Notes: a model not told the origin generated them from the letters alone. DNA of 64,000 bases from an uncultured Verrucomicrobiales bacterium (GCA_937901085.1 CALCHQ010000085.1:2041-66040), one strand, 5' to 3'. Shown: positions 9,882-21,499, counted from the stretch's first letter. A program made the numbers and translations.

Positions 9882-11171
9882 ATGGCCACTACTGATATCT
9901 CCGCCCTGATTGACTTCTATGTCCGAGAAAAAGACCTGACCCGCGAACGCGTCATCCAGGCTCTTGAGGCATCCTTTATCACCGCCTACTACAAGATGGT
10001 TCCGGGGGCAGACCGCATCAACAACATCCGCGCTGTGGTGAACCCGCAGAAGGGCACGGTCAAAATCAAGGCCGAAATGCTTGTTGTGGAAGACGAGGAA
10101 CTCGTCGATGCCTTCAACGAAGTAAAGCTCTCCGTAGCCCAGGCTGCCGGAACCCGTAGTGGCAAGGAATACCAGCCCGGAGACAGCATCAGCGTGAACA
10201 TCACCCCCAAGGACTTCGGCCGCATTGCCGTGCAGACCGCCCGCCAGACGATGCAGCAGCGCATCCGCAAGGCTGAGCAGGAAATGCTGGCAGAAGCCTT
10301 CCGCGACCGAGCCGGCGAAGTCGTGACGGGTACGGTGAAGCGCTACGACAAGGGCGACGTGATTGTGGAAGTAGAGAAGTTCGAAGGTCTTGTTCCCATG
10401 CGCCAGCGCATTCCCGGCGAGGAATACAACAGCGGCGACAAGATGCGATTCTACGTGGTGGAAGTGCGCGATGGAGTGCGTGGTCAGGAACTCATCCTTT
10501 CCCGCAGCCACCCCAACCTGGTGCGCCGGCTCTTCGAGAACGAGGTGCTGGAAATTGCCGAGCATACAGTTGACATCCTCACCATCGTGCGTGAGGCCGG
10601 GTACCGCACTAAGATGGTGGTACGCAGCAACGACCCGAACGTGGACCCCATCGGTGCCTGCGTCGGCATGCGCGGTGCCCGCGTGAAGAATGTCGTGAAT
10701 GAACTGAACCACGAAAAGGTGGACATTCTGGAATACACCGAGGACAAAGCCGCCATGGTGACGGAGTCCCTCGCCCCCATCGAACCCATCAAGGTGAAGG
10801 TGGACAAGGATGCCCATGTGGTGACGGTGGTCGTGGAAGACGACAAGGCTGCCGCCAAGGCCAAGGGCCGCAAGGGGCAGAACGTGCGCCTCACCGCACG
10901 CCTCATTTCCACGCCCGATGAACGCTGGGATGTGCGCGTCGAAGCCTACGATGAAAAAGCTCAGGCCAAGAACCTGGCCAATGAAGGTGCCAGCGAACTG
11001 TCCACAGTGCTGGGCATCACCAATGACATGGCTGCAGCCATGGTTGCTGCCGGTTTCACCACGGTAGAAGGCATTGCCCAGTACGCCGATGCAGAAAGCC
11101 TTGTGGAAGCCCTGGGCATCTCCGAAACCGAAGCAGAGGACATCATGGCCAAGGCTCAGGCCAGCTGCTAA
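9882..11171 (+). CDS. nusA: Transcription factor NusA
   Basis: FGRIAVQTARQ, ILSRSHP, REAGYRTK, DPIGACVGMRGARV. Confidence 0.97.
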   Translation: MATTDISALIDFYVREKDLTRERVIQALEASFITAYYKMVPGADRINNIRAVVNPQKGTVKIKAEMLVVEDEELVDAFNEVKLSVAQAAGTRSGKEYQPGDSISVNITPKDFGRIAVQTARQTMQQRIRKAEQEMLAEAFRDRAGEVVTGTVKRYDKGDVIVEVEKFEGLVPMRQRIPGEEYNSGDKMRFYVVEVRDGVRGQELILSRSHPNLVRRLFENEVLEIAEHTVDILTIVREAGYRTKMVVRSNDPNVDPIGACVGMRGARVKNVVNELNHEKVDILEYTEDKAAMVTESLAPIEPIKVKVDKDAHVVTVVVEDDKAAAKAKGRKGQNVRLTARLISTPDERWDVRVEAYDEKAQAKNLANEGASELSTVLGITNDMAAAMVAAGFTTVEGIAQYADAESLVEALGISETEAEDIMAKAQASC

Positions 11172-11210
11172 GCCGCATTCCATCTGAAGCAACAACATTT
11201 TCCCGACACA

Positions 11211-13292
11211 ATGGCAAAGAATGATGACGATAAAGCCCCCGTACTCGACCTGATCGGGGGCAGCAAGAAGAAAAAAGCCACCGCTCCCAAGAGCGAGGCG
11301 GCACCCGCAGCTGCCAAAAAGCCGGCTCCCAAGGCCGCAGCACCCAAAAAGGAAGCCCTTGACCTGCTGGCACCCCGCAAGAACACCCGCAAGGCTGAAG
11401 CCGCCGCACCCGCACCGGCACCCGCGCCTGCACCCGCACCGGCACCGGCCCCTGTACCCGCACCGAAGCCTGCTCCGGCAGCCGCCCCTGCCGAGGCCGA
11501 CGGCGGCAAGGTCATGAACATCAAGGCTCCCATTTCTGTGGCAGACCTCGCCGCGCTGATGGGTATGAAACCCTTCAAGCTGATTGCCGAACTGCTGCCC
11601 ATGGGTGTGTTTGCCAACCCCGGCACCACGCTCGACAGCGACCAGGTGGCCGCTCTGTGCGAAAAGCACGGCTTTACCTACGAACGCGTGCGCCGCGAAA
11701 AAGGCGCCGGCGTGAAAGCCCCGGTGGAAGAAATCAAGGAACCCGAAGCGGTGGCCGTTGAGGAAGAGCCGGAGGATGCTCTCAAGGTGCGTACCCCCAT
11801 CATCACCGTGATGGGCCATGTGGACCATGGCAAAACCTCCCTGCTCGACTACATCCGCCGCACGAAGGTAACTGCCGGTGAGGCTGGCGGCATCACCCAG
11901 CACATCGGTGCCTACACGGTGGAACATGCTGGCAACACGCTGACCTTCATCGACACCCCCGGCCATGCCATCTTCACAGAAATGCGCGCCCGCGGTGCCG
12001 ACGTGACCGACATTGTAGTACTGGTGGTGGCAGCCAACGACGGCATCATGCCCCAGACCAAGGAAGCCATCATGCACGCCAAGGCCGCCGGCAAGACCAT
12101 CATCGTAGCCGTCAACAAGTGTGACCTCCCTGCAGCTGATCCCGTGCGCGTGCGCACGCAGCTCATGGAAAATGACCTGATGCCCACCGACTTTGGCGGT
12201 GAGATTGAATGCGTGGATGTTTCCGCCCACACCGGCGCCGGTATTGATGACCTGCTCGACCTGCTCTGCCTGCAGGCGGAAGTGCTGGAACTCAAGGCTA
12301 ATCCCAAGGCCAACTGCCGCGCCTCCATCATCGAGGCCCGCATGGAACAGGGCAAGGGCAGCTCGGCTACCGTGATTGTGCAGAGCGGCACGCTCAAGGT
12401 CGGCATGCCCTTCATCTGCGGCCCGTACTCCGGCAAAATCAAGACCATGCTCGACGACAAGGGACAGCGCATCAAGAAGGTTACCCCCGGTATGCCTGCT
12501 GAAGTTTCCGGCTTCCTTGAAACCCCGAACGTGGGTGACGAACTCGTGGAAATGGAAAATGAACGCGCCGCCCGCAAGCTCTCCGACGAACGTCTGGAGG
12601 AACTGCGCCAGCAGCGCCTCACCGCTCCCCGCCGCTCCCGCATGGAAGACATTCTGGCCATGATGGGCGATGGTTCCCAGAAGGCGGTGCTGAAACTCTA
12701 CCTGAAGGGTGACGTGCAGGGTTCTGTGGAGGCCATCAAGAAGGCCATCATGGACATCGAGAGCGACAAGGTGGAATGCCAGTTCATCGGCGCTGCCGCC
12801 GGTCCTATCTCGGAAAGCGACATTCTGCTGGCCTCCTCCTCCGATGCTGTGATTCTGGGCTTCAATGTGAAGGTGGAAAGCAACGCCGTGAAGGCCGTGA
12901 AGCGCGAAGGTGTACAGGTGAAGATTTTCTCCATCGTGTACGAACTTATCGACCAGGTGAAGGATGCCATGCTCGGCCTGCTGGAACCCGAAACCCGCGA
13001 AACCGTGCTGGGTCACGCCGAAATCAAGCAGGTATTCAAGCTCAACAAGGGCAAGGCCGCCGGTTCCTATGTCTCCGACGGCAAGATGCTCCGCACCGCC
13101 GAAGCCCGCGTGCTGCGCGACGGCCAGGTGGTGTTCGACGGCAAGATGTCCACTCTGCGCCGCTTCCAGGATGAAGTGGAGGAAGTCAAGGCTGGTCTCG
13201 AATGCGGTATCCGCCTGGCTGACTACAACGACTACGAAGTGGGTGACATCATCGAATGCTACTCCCTGGAGAAAATCAAACAGACTTTGTAA
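11211..13292 (+). CDS. infB: Translation initiation factor IF-2
   Basis: [44 protein letters not shown]. Confidence 0.98.
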   Translation: MAKNDDDKAPVLDLIGGSKKKKATAPKSEAAPAAAKKPAPKAAAPKKEALDLLAPRKNTRKAEAAAPAPAPAPAPAPAPAPVPAPKPAPAAAPAEADGGKVMNIKAPISVADLAALMGMKPFKLIAELLPMGVFANPGTTLDSDQVAALCEKHGFTYERVRREKGAGVKAPVEEIKEPEAVAVEEEPEDALKVRTPIITVMGHVDHGKTSLLDYIRRTKVTAGEAGGITQHIGAYTVEHAGNTLTFIDTPGHAIFTEMRARGADVTDIVVLVVAANDGIMPQTKEAIMHAKAAGKTIIVAVNKCDLPAADPVRVRTQLMENDLMPTDFGGEIECVDVSAHTGAGIDDLLDLLCLQAEVLELKANPKANCRASIIEARMEQGKGSSATVIVQSGTLKVGMPFICGPYSGKIKTMLDDKGQRIKKVTPGMPAEVSGFLETPNVGDELVEMENERAARKLSDERLEELRQQRLTAPRRSRMEDILAMMGDGSQKAVLKLYLKGDVQGSVEAIKKAIMDIESDKVECQFIGAAAGPISESDILLASSSDAVILGFNVKVESNAVKAVKREGVQVKIFSIVYELIDQVKDAMLGLLEPETRETVLGHAEIKQVFKLNKGKAAGSYVSDGKMLRTAEARVLRDGQVVFDGKMSTLRRFQDEVEEVKAGLECGIRLADYNDYEVGDIIECYSLEKIKQTL

Positions 13293-13298
13293 GCAATC

Positions 13299-13685
13299 AT
13301 GGCAACACGACGTCTTGACAAAGTGAACGAGTTGATGAAGCGGGAAATCGGCACCTTCATTCAGAAGGAGTACGAATGGTCCGGCACCATCGTCTCGATT
13401 CTGGATGTCGAGATTACGGAAGACCTCAAGGAAGGTCGCGTATGGGTGGGCGTGGTTGGCCGCATGGCCCCCGCCCAGGTTATCGAGAAACTGAACCGCA
13501 AACGCGGAGAAATTCAGAGAGCCATCAGCAAGCGTGTGGTTCTCCGCAACACGCCCCGGCTCACCTTCAAGCACGATAACTCAGCCCAGCGCGGGGTAGA
13601 CCTGGTGAATCTTCTGGACGACATCGAGCAAAACCTACCCAAGGCACCGCCCTTGCCCGATGGCGAGTACGACCCGGAAATCTGA
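13299..13685 (+). CDS. rbfA: Ribosome-binding factor A
   Basis: RRLDKVNELMKREI, VEITEDLK, LRNTPRLTF; follows infB. Confidence 0.93.
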   Translation: MATRRLDKVNELMKREIGTFIQKEYEWSGTIVSILDVEITEDLKEGRVWVGVVGRMAPAQVIEKLNRKRGEIQRAISKRVVLRNTPRLTFKHDNSAQRGVDLVNLLDDIEQNLPKAPPLPDGEYDPEI

Positions 13686-13709
13686 TAACAGCCACCCCCA
13701 ACCCACCCT

Positions 13710-16700
13710 ATGGCAGGCAAACTCACCATCAGACGCGTTGGTAACCACTTACCTCACCTGTGTCTGGCAGGTGTGTTGCTGCTCACAGGCATTCTCATCT
13801 GGCTCAGCACAGCTGGTCTTCCCGGCTGTGCTGTGCGCTATCTGGAAGAACAGGCCGCACAGGCCGGGCTGCCCCTCAGTATCGACAAAATCCAGCTTTC
13901 CCCCAGCTCCGGCATTGCGCTGAAAGTCAAGCGCATCAGGCTGGAACTCGAACAGCAGGATGCCCTGCCCGCCAATCTGCAAATCCGCCAGATAAAGCTG
14001 GTATTCAGCCCTGGTCGCCTGCTGTCGGGAGATTTCACCCCCACACAGCTGCAGGTCAAAGGAGCAGAACTGCAACTGCCCTTTGGGCAGCAGGCCGCAG
14101 ACCGCGTCGTGCTGAGCGACATCGGCCTTCACGCCAGTTTCCGTCCCGAAGCCAAGGGGCTGAACAGCACTCTGCAGGCCGTTCTGCACAACATGGCGAT
14201 CGAGTGGAAAGTCAATCTGCGCGAGGAAGAAGGTCTCCTGAAGCTCCTGGCATCGGACGGAGAGAGCGCCACCGAGCAAACAGATGCCGCGGCTGCCATC
14301 CGCCAGTATCTGGCAGAATACCGCCCCGTCCTGAAGCAACTCAAATCACAACTCGACGCCCAGGACTGGACGCGCGAGAACCATCCGAAAGTCCGCTTCA
14401 ACACATCGCGCGGCAGAAGCTGGAGACTTGGAATCAACGCATGGATACCCAGTTACGACATAGAGGACTTCCACATCAGGAATGCTGACCTCAATGCCCA
14501 GTTTGCAGAGGGTACCATCACCATCAACACGCTCAAATTCAAAACCGTTGACCCCGATACGCAAGTATCGCTGCAGGCGGGCTACGACCTGCGCACCCGC
14601 GAGCTGGCATTCCACACGAACAGCTCTGCACCGCTTGTCCGCATGCTCGACCGCTACCTGGGCGAAGACCCCACGGGCATTCTGCGCCAGATTCAATCGG
14701 AAAAAGATTCAACCCCGATCATCGAGCTGCACGGCCGTGCCGGATTCAGCGAAGATTACGCTCTCAACACCATCACGCTGCGCGGCAAGATAGAACACAG
14801 CAATGTCATGCTCGGACACTCTCTCGTCGAGCATGGTGTGCTGAGCTTCTTCATCCACGACGGCAGCTTCAACATCGACAACCTGCAACTGAAATTCCCC
14901 GATGGCCACCTGAAAGTCAGCGCTCAGGCCGCTCACGGCACAGGCTCGGCCAAGGTGGACATCAACCTGCCCGATGAAGTTCTGCTGGCCCTGGCTCGTG
15001 ATTTCAGCCGGAATCCGGAATTGAAGCTCCCGGAAGGACTTGCCTTTGACGATAACCTGAAGCTTCTGGCCGATTGCGAGATGACGCTTGCCACCTTTGA
15101 ACCGGGCAAGAGCCGTTTTAAGGATTTAGTCCCCGCCCTCGTGGGACTCAAGCTTCAATTCAACACCGGGCGCACCGTCGCAGGTGATACCGTATGCCAG
15201 GAGAATGCCCTCTCGTTGAATATATCTGGAATCCGCTACGATGCAGAGCAGATAAGCGCTGAAGCCCTCACGCTGGAAGCCCTGAGCAGCATCTTCCAGG
15301 GCGAAAAGACAGCCGACGACGTGCTGCTGAGTGTCCACCTCAACCAATTGCAGAGCGACACCGCCCTCTCCACCGTACAAATAGGAGAAAGCAAGCTGCA
15401 AGCCAGCGCCAAAGCAGCCTCCTCCGGCGGCTATACTGTGGAGAACCTGCACGGCACAGCAGAACTCGGTCAGTTGGTATGGGCAGACCAGAAGCTGAAA
15501 TCAGAAGCCATAGCAGGCAGCATCAAGGCGGGCTGCATCAGCCACGGCAATAGCAGCGCCCAGGGAGTCCACCTGGAATTCAACATCCCGGAAGGACTGA
15601 ATCTGGCCGATGTGTGGAGCAGCATGCAGAAAAACGCCCGGCTGAATGCCGCCATTCAAGAAATCAGCTACGACAAGCAATTCTGCGCCTCAGGTACGCG
15701 CCTGCAGTTGCAGCATACAGACCACAATGCAGCCACGCTGGAGTTGGAGTCGAGCGTGAACGACAAGCCCCTCAGCTTGAAAATTGATGCAAAGCTGGAG
15801 GAGGATAAGCAAGTACATTTCCAGCACATCGAAGCGAATATTCCGGCGGCCTCACTGCTGCCCATACTGGGAGGTGAACCGCTCGAAGGCCTGCAGCTGC
15901 CGGACAGAATCTCCCTGCAAGGTGACGCACTCCTGGATACAGGAACCTGGCGGCTCATCCGTTCTCATTACGATATTCAAATTCCCGAACTTATCCGCGT
16001 GTGCCAGAACGTGTATGTACACAAAGGCATGGAAATTCCGCTGGAACTCCAGGTCCGCGGCGAATTCAACACAGCAGAGGACGGGACTATGCACTACGCC
16101 GCCGATGTAAACGCCTGGTATAAACCTGGCGAGGAACTCGACATCCGGGTAGAGGGCAATCCGCTCACGGATTGCCGCATCACCGGCAGCAACACCATTC
16201 CGGTTGACATCATCAACGCGCTCATCGACAATGCCGACGCGCACTGGATTATGCGAGACTTCCGCTGCAAACCCGGAATCACCCGCAACAACATTACGGA
16301 CATTGATACCATTATCCGCTACGACCAGGGAATCTATATCAATGCCCGCTGTAAGGCAGAACTCATCAATATGGAATTCCTCCTCGGCGCTATCCGCGAT
16401 AAGGAAGATGCCCAGGGCAACCCGACAGGAGAGGAATACCTGCGCACGGATTTGAGTTCAAATCCCTTCACCCTGGTCAGGGAAGGCCATTGCGATGTCG
16501 AGGTTCTGGTGCAGCTGGACTGCGTGGATAAACAAGGCCAGGCGCTGCCGGATGAAATCCGCATCAACTTGCTCAACCCGGATTTATTGTACGACAACGC
16601 CCCCTGGCTCAAGCGCATGGGCTTCAAGACCGGGGCGCGGACCAGCCGCATTACCGGCGAAGCCGTCCGTTTCAACATTGAGAACAGCACCATTACGCTC

Positions 16701-17786
16701 CACAAGCTCAAAGGCAATTGCTACCCCGCCTACTCCATCGGCATGTACTATGCGCCGATTCAGCATTTCATGGAGGACATTATCCTCCGCGACCCGGTAG
16801 ACATTGAAACCGATTATTGTCTCTTCCCCATATCCCGCCATTGCGATATTCCCATGCAGGGGCTGATTCACACCAAGGCCCCCACCGGCGCTGGCTTCCG
16901 TTTTCTGGGCACCACAATTCCGTTCACCAACTTCAGCGGTTTCATCAACATCAGCGATGAGGATGTCTACCTCGACCGCATGAACGCCGAATGCTGGGGC
17001 GGCGTCATGAACGGAGCGGTTCGCATTGGTTTTGCCGGAGAACACACAACGCTGGACGGCTACATCCAGGCGCGCACCATGAACCTCAAGGACATCGTGG
17101 CCTCCTACGGAGAAGAATTCACCCCCGCTACCTGCAGCGGCTTCATCCGCTTCCAGGCACCGAAACCGGATCTGGATGCGGTGCAGGCTTATGGCCGCGT
17201 CAGCCTGCGGGATGGAGACCTGATGCAGATAGGTCTGTTCCGCCCTATCGGCAGACTGCTTGCCGACATGCCGGGGCATCTGGAAAAGCTGCAGAAATCT
17301 GTCACCAACAACCAGGAAATAACCCAGCCCTCCTGGGTGAAGCGCCTCATCAGCTACGTCTTTGACTCCGGCAGCAACGCCGTCGATTCCGTCCAGAATT
17401 CGGCCTATAAAATACCTTTTGCCAACCACTTCCTGCGCTACGGCATCGATGAGGCCTTTGCCAAGTTCGACATCCGCAACGGCCACCTCATCACCCGCGA
17501 CATGAGCGCCAGAGGCTACAATCTCGATGTGCGCACCCAGCTCGACATCAACCTCGACAAGCTCACGCTCACAGGCGACCTCTGGCCCAGAATCTCCAGC
17601 GTCCCCACAGTTCTTATCTCGCCCATCACCATTCTTTCCAAGTTCCTGATTGACATCAACCTGTACGGGGATTTGATCAATCCGCAATGGGAAATCGGCC
17701 TGAGCAAGAAATTGCGGAATGACGAACCCAGCCTGAATTCCACCCCCGTCCCGGAGAGCGTAACCGAGCCTGCAGAGGAAAAGTAA
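13710..17786 (+). CDS. Large membrane-anchored AsmA-like (YhdP/TamB-type) protein
   Basis: 1358 aa, single N-terminal TM, beta-rich body, C-terminal FDIRNGHL...INLYGDLINPQW resembling the AsmA C-terminus. Confidence 0.6.
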   Translation: MAGKLTIRRVGNHLPHLCLAGVLLLTGILIWLSTAGLPGCAVRYLEEQAAQAGLPLSIDKIQLSPSSGIALKVKRIRLELEQQDALPANLQIRQIKLVFSPGRLLSGDFTPTQLQVKGAELQLPFGQQAADRVVLSDIGLHASFRPEAKGLNSTLQAVLHNMAIEWKVNLREEEGLLKLLASDGESATEQTDAAAAIRQYLAEYRPVLKQLKSQLDAQDWTRENHPKVRFNTSRGRSWRLGINAWIPSYDIEDFHIRNADLNAQFAEGTITINTLKFKTVDPDTQVSLQAGYDLRTRELAFHTNSSAPLVRMLDRYLGEDPTGILRQIQSEKDSTPIIELHGRAGFSEDYALNTITLRGKIEHSNVMLGHSLVEHGVLSFFIHDGSFNIDNLQLKFPDGHLKVSAQAAHGTGSAKVDINLPDEVLLALARDFSRNPELKLPEGLAFDDNLKLLADCEMTLATFEPGKSRFKDLVPALVGLKLQFNTGRTVAGDTVCQENALSLNISGIRYDAEQISAEALTLEALSSIFQGEKTADDVLLSVHLNQLQSDTALSTVQIGESKLQASAKAASSGGYTVENLHGTAELGQLVWADQKLKSEAIAGSIKAGCISHGNSSAQGVHLEFNIPEGLNLADVWSSMQKNARLNAAIQEISYDKQFCASGTRLQLQHTDHNAATLELESSVNDKPLSLKIDAKLEEDKQVHFQHIEANIPAASLLPILGGEPLEGLQLPDRISLQGDALLDTGTWRLIRSHYDIQIPELIRVCQNVYVHKGMEIPLELQVRGEFNTAEDGTMHYAADVNAWYKPGEELDIRVEGNPLTDCRITGSNTIPVDIINALIDNADAHWIMRDFRCKPGITRNNITDIDTIIRYDQGIYINARCKAELINMEFLLGAIRDKEDAQGNPTGEEYLRTDLSSNPFTLVREGHCDVEVLVQLDCVDKQGQALPDEIRINLLNPDLLYDNAPWLKRMGFKTGARTSRITGEAVRFNIENSTITLHKLKGNCYPAYSIGMYYAPIQHFMEDIILRDPVDIETDYCLFPISRHCDIPMQGLIHTKAPTGAGFRFLGTTIPFTNFSGFINISDEDVYLDRMNAECWGGVMNGAVRIGFAGEHTTLDGYIQARTMNLKDIVASYGEEFTPATCSGFIRFQAPKPDLDAVQAYGRVSLRDGDLMQIGLFRPIGRLLADMPGHLEKLQKSVTNNQEITQPSWVKRLISYVFDSGSNAVDSVQNSAYKIPFANHFLRYGIDEAFAKFDIRNGHLITRDMSARGYNLDVRTQLDINLDKLTLTGDLWPRISSVPTVLISPITILSKFLIDINLYGDLINPQWEIGLSKKLRNDEPSLNSTPVPESVTEPAEEK

Positions 17787-17788
17787 GC

Positions 17789-19231
17789 ATGGAAGAAAGC
17801 ATCCCGATATTCAGCCTTTCTTCCGGCAGCGGCGGAGCGTTGCTACTCTCAGGCCTTGTGTTTCTGGTGCATCTGGCCGGTCTGGCCCTGTCCCTCCATG
17901 CCCTCTGCCGCGAACACTCTCCCCAGGGTACCATCGCCTGGATGCTGGGGCTCATCTTTCTACCCTGGGTCAGCGTGCCGCTCTATCTCGTACTGGGAGC
18001 AGCGCGTATCCGGCGGCACACCTCTGTCCGCCGGGGCCGGGAAAGCATCCGCAAGTTCCTCCGGAGATACGAGGCATGGGATTCTCCGGGCAGCAGGCTG
18101 AGCCAGACAATGACCAACTGCACCGGCTACGCTCCCTGCTCCGGCAACAAGGTCCGTCTGCTGCGGGACGGAAACGATACCTACCGCCGCCTGTTGCAGG
18201 ACATCCGCCAGGCACAGCACTCCATTCTGCTGGAATTCTTCATCATCCGCAATGACCGGGTTGGCAACAGGCTGCGGAAAGCCTTGGAAGAACGCGCCCG
18301 CGCCGGGGTGCAGGTCTACGTCATCTACGATGAAGTGGGCTCCCACAAGCTCCCGGCAGGGTATCTGATGCGCCTGCGCCGCGCCGGGGTGCAGGTCAGT
18401 TCCTTCAACGGCAAGCGGTTCTGGCTCAGCTCCATCCTGCGGCTCAACTACCGCAACCACCGCAAGCTGGTGGTCATCGACAGCGCTCAGGCCTACCTCG
18501 GCAGCCTCAACATCGGGCTGGAATACACCCGCAGCGCCCGCCGTCCCTACTGGCGCGACACCTTTGTGCAACTGCACGGCCCCATCGTCAGCCAATGTCT
18601 GCTCAGCTTCCTGGACGACTGGCAACGCGCCACAGGAAACAGCCTGGCCCACCTGGCCACCCCCTGCCCATCACAAGGCAGTACCACCTGCCAGCTCATT
18701 CCCAGCGGGCCGGATGATACCCCCACCAATACCTGGAGGCTCACGCTGCTGGAACTGGCGGCCTCTGCCCGGCAACGGCTCTGGCTTGCCAGCCCCTATT
18801 TCGTCCCCGACGAAGCCGTGCAGGCCGCCCTTTGCCAGGCCGCCCTGCGCGGGGTGGATGTATGCCTCCTCATTCCCCGGCAGGGCGATAACATGGCCGC
18901 CCAGCTGGCCATGCTCTCCTTCCTGCCGGGCATGCTGGCCTGCGGTGTCCGCATGCTGGCCTATGAACCTGGCTTCCTGCATGAGAAAGTCTGCGTGCAG
19001 GACGATGCGGTGGCCAGCATCGGCACGGCCAATCTGGATGCCCGCTCCCTGCGGCTCAATTTCGAACTCACCCTGCTCATGGAGGACAAGGCGGCCACCG
19101 CAGAAATAGCCGCCATGCTCTCGGAAGACATGGCTCAGGCCTCAGCCCTGACACCCGCGCAATGGTACAAAGCCCCCCGCCTCATGCGACTGCTGGCAAA
19201 CTGCTGCCGTCTTCTTTCGCCCGGTCTGTAA
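17789..19231 (+). CDS. cls: Cardiolipin synthase (PLD family)
   Basis: Two N-terminal TMs; two HKD motifs NHRKLVVID and LHEKVCVQD; SPYFVP; GTANLDARSLRLNFE. Confidence 0.9.
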   Translation: MEESIPIFSLSSGSGGALLLSGLVFLVHLAGLALSLHALCREHSPQGTIAWMLGLIFLPWVSVPLYLVLGAARIRRHTSVRRGRESIRKFLRRYEAWDSPGSRLSQTMTNCTGYAPCSGNKVRLLRDGNDTYRRLLQDIRQAQHSILLEFFIIRNDRVGNRLRKALEERARAGVQVYVIYDEVGSHKLPAGYLMRLRRAGVQVSSFNGKRFWLSSILRLNYRNHRKLVVIDSAQAYLGSLNIGLEYTRSARRPYWRDTFVQLHGPIVSQCLLSFLDDWQRATGNSLAHLATPCPSQGSTTCQLIPSGPDDTPTNTWRLTLLELAASARQRLWLASPYFVPDEAVQAALCQAALRGVDVCLLIPRQGDNMAAQLAMLSFLPGMLACGVRMLAYEPGFLHEKVCVQDDAVASIGTANLDARSLRLNFELTLLMEDKAATAEIAAMLSEDMAQASALTPAQWYKAPRLMRLLANCCRLLSPGL

Positions 19232-19276
19232 TCTCGGCGCTTGAAACCTGGCAGGAATGGTGCTAGAATAACGCGC

Positions 19277-20284
19277 ATGGAAATTACGCTGAATTCGCCG
19301 CTGGATATGCACCTGCACCTGCGCGATGGTGATATGCTGAAGCTGACAGCCCCGCTCTCGTCCGACTTTGCCGGTGCCGTCATCATGCCGAACCTTGTCC
19401 CCCCGGTGACTACGCCGGAAATGATGCAGGCCTATGACGCGCGCATCGGGGAAGCCATGGAAGGAGCGGATTTCACGCGCTATATGACCCTCTTCTTCAC
19501 GCCGCTCGGTGAAAAGGAACTCCTTGCGGCCAAAGAGACTCCCGGATTCTTCGGCTTCAAGCTCTACCCGGCAGGCATTACCACCAACAGCGAAGGAGGC
19601 GTCTCCGACCTCGCGCAGGCAGACAGCACCCTCCGCCTCATGGAGGAACTCGGAATCCCCCTGCTGGTACATGGGGAAAGCCACGGTTTTGTGATGGATA
19701 GAGAGCAGGAATTCCTGTCCGTCTACCGCCACCTGGCCACAAAGTACCCGAAACTCAAGCTCAGCATGGAACACATCACCACCGCAGAGGCGGTGCGCCT
19801 GCTCGACGAATTCCCGAATATCTGCGCCACCGTCACCCTGCAGCACCTCATCATCACTCTCGACGATGTAGCCGGCGGCGCGCTGCGCCCGCACCTGTTC
19901 TGCAAGCCCATTGCCAAGCGACCCGAAGACCGCGATGCCCTGCTCCGCGCCGCTCTGGAGGGGCATCCGCGCCTCATGTTCGGCTCCGACTCTGCCCCCC
20001 ATCCCCGCTGCAAGAAAGAAGCCTGCGGCTGTGCGGCTGGTGTGTTCACAGGTCCCGTTGCCCTGCCCAAGCTGGCCGAAATCTTCGCCGCTCACAGTGC
20101 CTTGGACAATCTCCAGGCCTTTGTGAGCGACAACGCCTGCAAGTGGTACGGGCTGCAGCCCGCACAGAAAACGGTTACCCTGCAGGACATCCCCATGAAC
20201 GTACCCGCCAGCTACCGCAGCTATGGCCAACAGGTCATCCCCATGTACGCCGGCGAAAGCATCGGCTGGAGTCTCGTGCGCTGA
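19277..20284 (+). CDS. pyrC: Dihydroorotase (homodimeric type)
   Basis: [40 protein letters not shown]. Confidence 0.96.
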   Translation: MEITLNSPLDMHLHLRDGDMLKLTAPLSSDFAGAVIMPNLVPPVTTPEMMQAYDARIGEAMEGADFTRYMTLFFTPLGEKELLAAKETPGFFGFKLYPAGITTNSEGGVSDLAQADSTLRLMEELGIPLLVHGESHGFVMDREQEFLSVYRHLATKYPKLKLSMEHITTAEAVRLLDEFPNICATVTLQHLIITLDDVAGGALRPHLFCKPIAKRPEDRDALLRAALEGHPRLMFGSDSAPHPRCKKEACGCAAGVFTGPVALPKLAEIFAAHSALDNLQAFVSDNACKWYGLQPAQKTVTLQDIPMNVPASYRSYGQQVIPMYAGESIGWSLVR

Positions 20285-20577
20285 TGGAAGCCGCCCCCAT
20301 ACCTACCGCAGAGGACTTACGGCAGCTGCTGGCTGACATTGCAGCCATGCACATGCCCTTCGGCATGTACGGCCCGGAGAATTACCCGCCGGAAGGCTGC
20401 CCGCTCATGGATTTACCCACCGAATACCTCGACTGGTTCTGGCAGAGGGGCTGGCCCAAAGGCAAGCTCGGCAGGCTCATGGAGCAGACGCTCCTCATCA
20501 AGAACAGCGGACTCGACAAACTGTTCGACCCCTTCCGGGCAGCAGCAGGAGGCCGCCGCCGCTTCCCCCGTAAATAA
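20284..20577 (+). CDS. DUF3820-like small protein
   Basis: MPFGMYG...LMDLPTEYLDWF..GWPKGKLG; ATG overlaps the pyrC stop. Confidence 0.75.
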   Translation: MEAAPIPTAEDLRQLLADIAAMHMPFGMYGPENYPPEGCPLMDLPTEYLDWFWQRGWPKGKLGRLMEQTLLIKNSGLDKLFDPFRAAAGGRRRFPRK

Positions 20578-20590
20578 TTCTCCCGCTCTC

Positions 20591-21499
20591 ATGTCCAAAC
20601 TCCGTTCCATCATTCTGGCAGCACGACCCAAAACCCTCCCCGCAGGCTTTGTCGCCGTGTGGGCGGGCTGTCTCATCGTCTGGAAATTCCAGCAGCACCT
20701 GCCGGAAACCGGCATCAGGCTCGACTGGTGGCTGGCGGCTTTCACCGCCCTGAGCTGCGCCTGCATCCAGATTGCCTGCAACTTCTTCAACGACGCCATC
20801 GACGCCACAAAAAACGCTGATACCGAACAGCGCCAGGGCCCCCGCCGCATCACCGCCAGCGGCGACATGAGCCCCACTGCCGTCAAGCTCTGGGGATGCT
20901 TCTTCCTGGTTGCAGCCGCCGCATTCGGTGTGCCGCTTATTCTGGCGCAGGGCTGGCCGGTTCTGCTCATCGGCATTCCGAGCCTCTTCTTTGCCTACGG
21001 CTACACCGGCGGCCCCTGGCCGCTGGCCTACCACGGTCTGGGGGAACTCTTTGTGCTGCTCTTCTTCGGGCTGGTGGCCGTGGTGGGCACGGTCTTTGTG
21101 CAAATCGGCTGGCAGCCGGGCTTTCTGGAGGTCTACTGCTGCGCCATTGTACTGGGGGTGCAGTGCGGACTGCTCTCCTGCCTGCTCATCGAAATCAACA
21201 ACATCCGCGACCGCAAGGAAGATGCCACCACAGGCAAACGCACCCTTGCTGTGCGCTGGGGCGAAAAACGCGCCCGCGGGCTGGCCATGGCCTTCCTCGT
21301 CGCACCCTATGTCACGCTGAAGCAGACCGCTTTCTTCCTGCCCGGGTTCAGCTGGAATCCCGTGTGGCTGGCCGCCATCATCCTGGGCGGATTCATTCTC
21401 CTGAAGCTCAACACCATGCCGGCCAACAAGAAAATGAACATGCTGCTGGGGCTTTCCTCCCTGCACATGGGGCTTTTCCTGCTGGCACTCACCCTCTGA
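20591..21499 (+). CDS. menA: 1,4-dihydroxy-2-naphthoate prenyltransferase (UbiA family)
   Basis: ARPKTLPA, NFFNDAID, YTGGPWPLAYHGLGE, NNIRDRKED..GKRTLAVR. Confidence 0.9.
   Translation: MSKLRSIILAARPKTLPAGFVAVWAGCLIVWKFQQHLPETGIRLDWWLAAFTALSCACIQIACNFFNDAIDATKNADTEQRQGPRRITASGDMSPTAVKLWGCFFLVAAAAFGVPLILAQGWPVLLIGIPSLFFAYGYTGGPWPLAYHGLGELFVLLFFGLVAVVGTVFVQIGWQPGFLEVYCCAIVLGVQCGLLSCLLIEINNIRDRKEDATTGKRTLAVRWGEKRARGLAMAFLVAPYVTLKQTAFFLPGFSWNPVWLAAIILGGFILLKLNTMPANKKMNMLLGLSSLHMGLFLLALTL

Noticed and set aside
11395..11495. GCACCC/GCACCG tandem repeats
   Set aside because: Encode the Ala-Pro linker of IF-2; not a CRISPR array or independent repeat
9864..13574. 1236-aa minus-strand ORF, and similar long antisense ORFs (4414-5781, 39096-40997, 41843-43399)
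   Set aside because: Mirror frames of well-supported genes; no recognisable motifs
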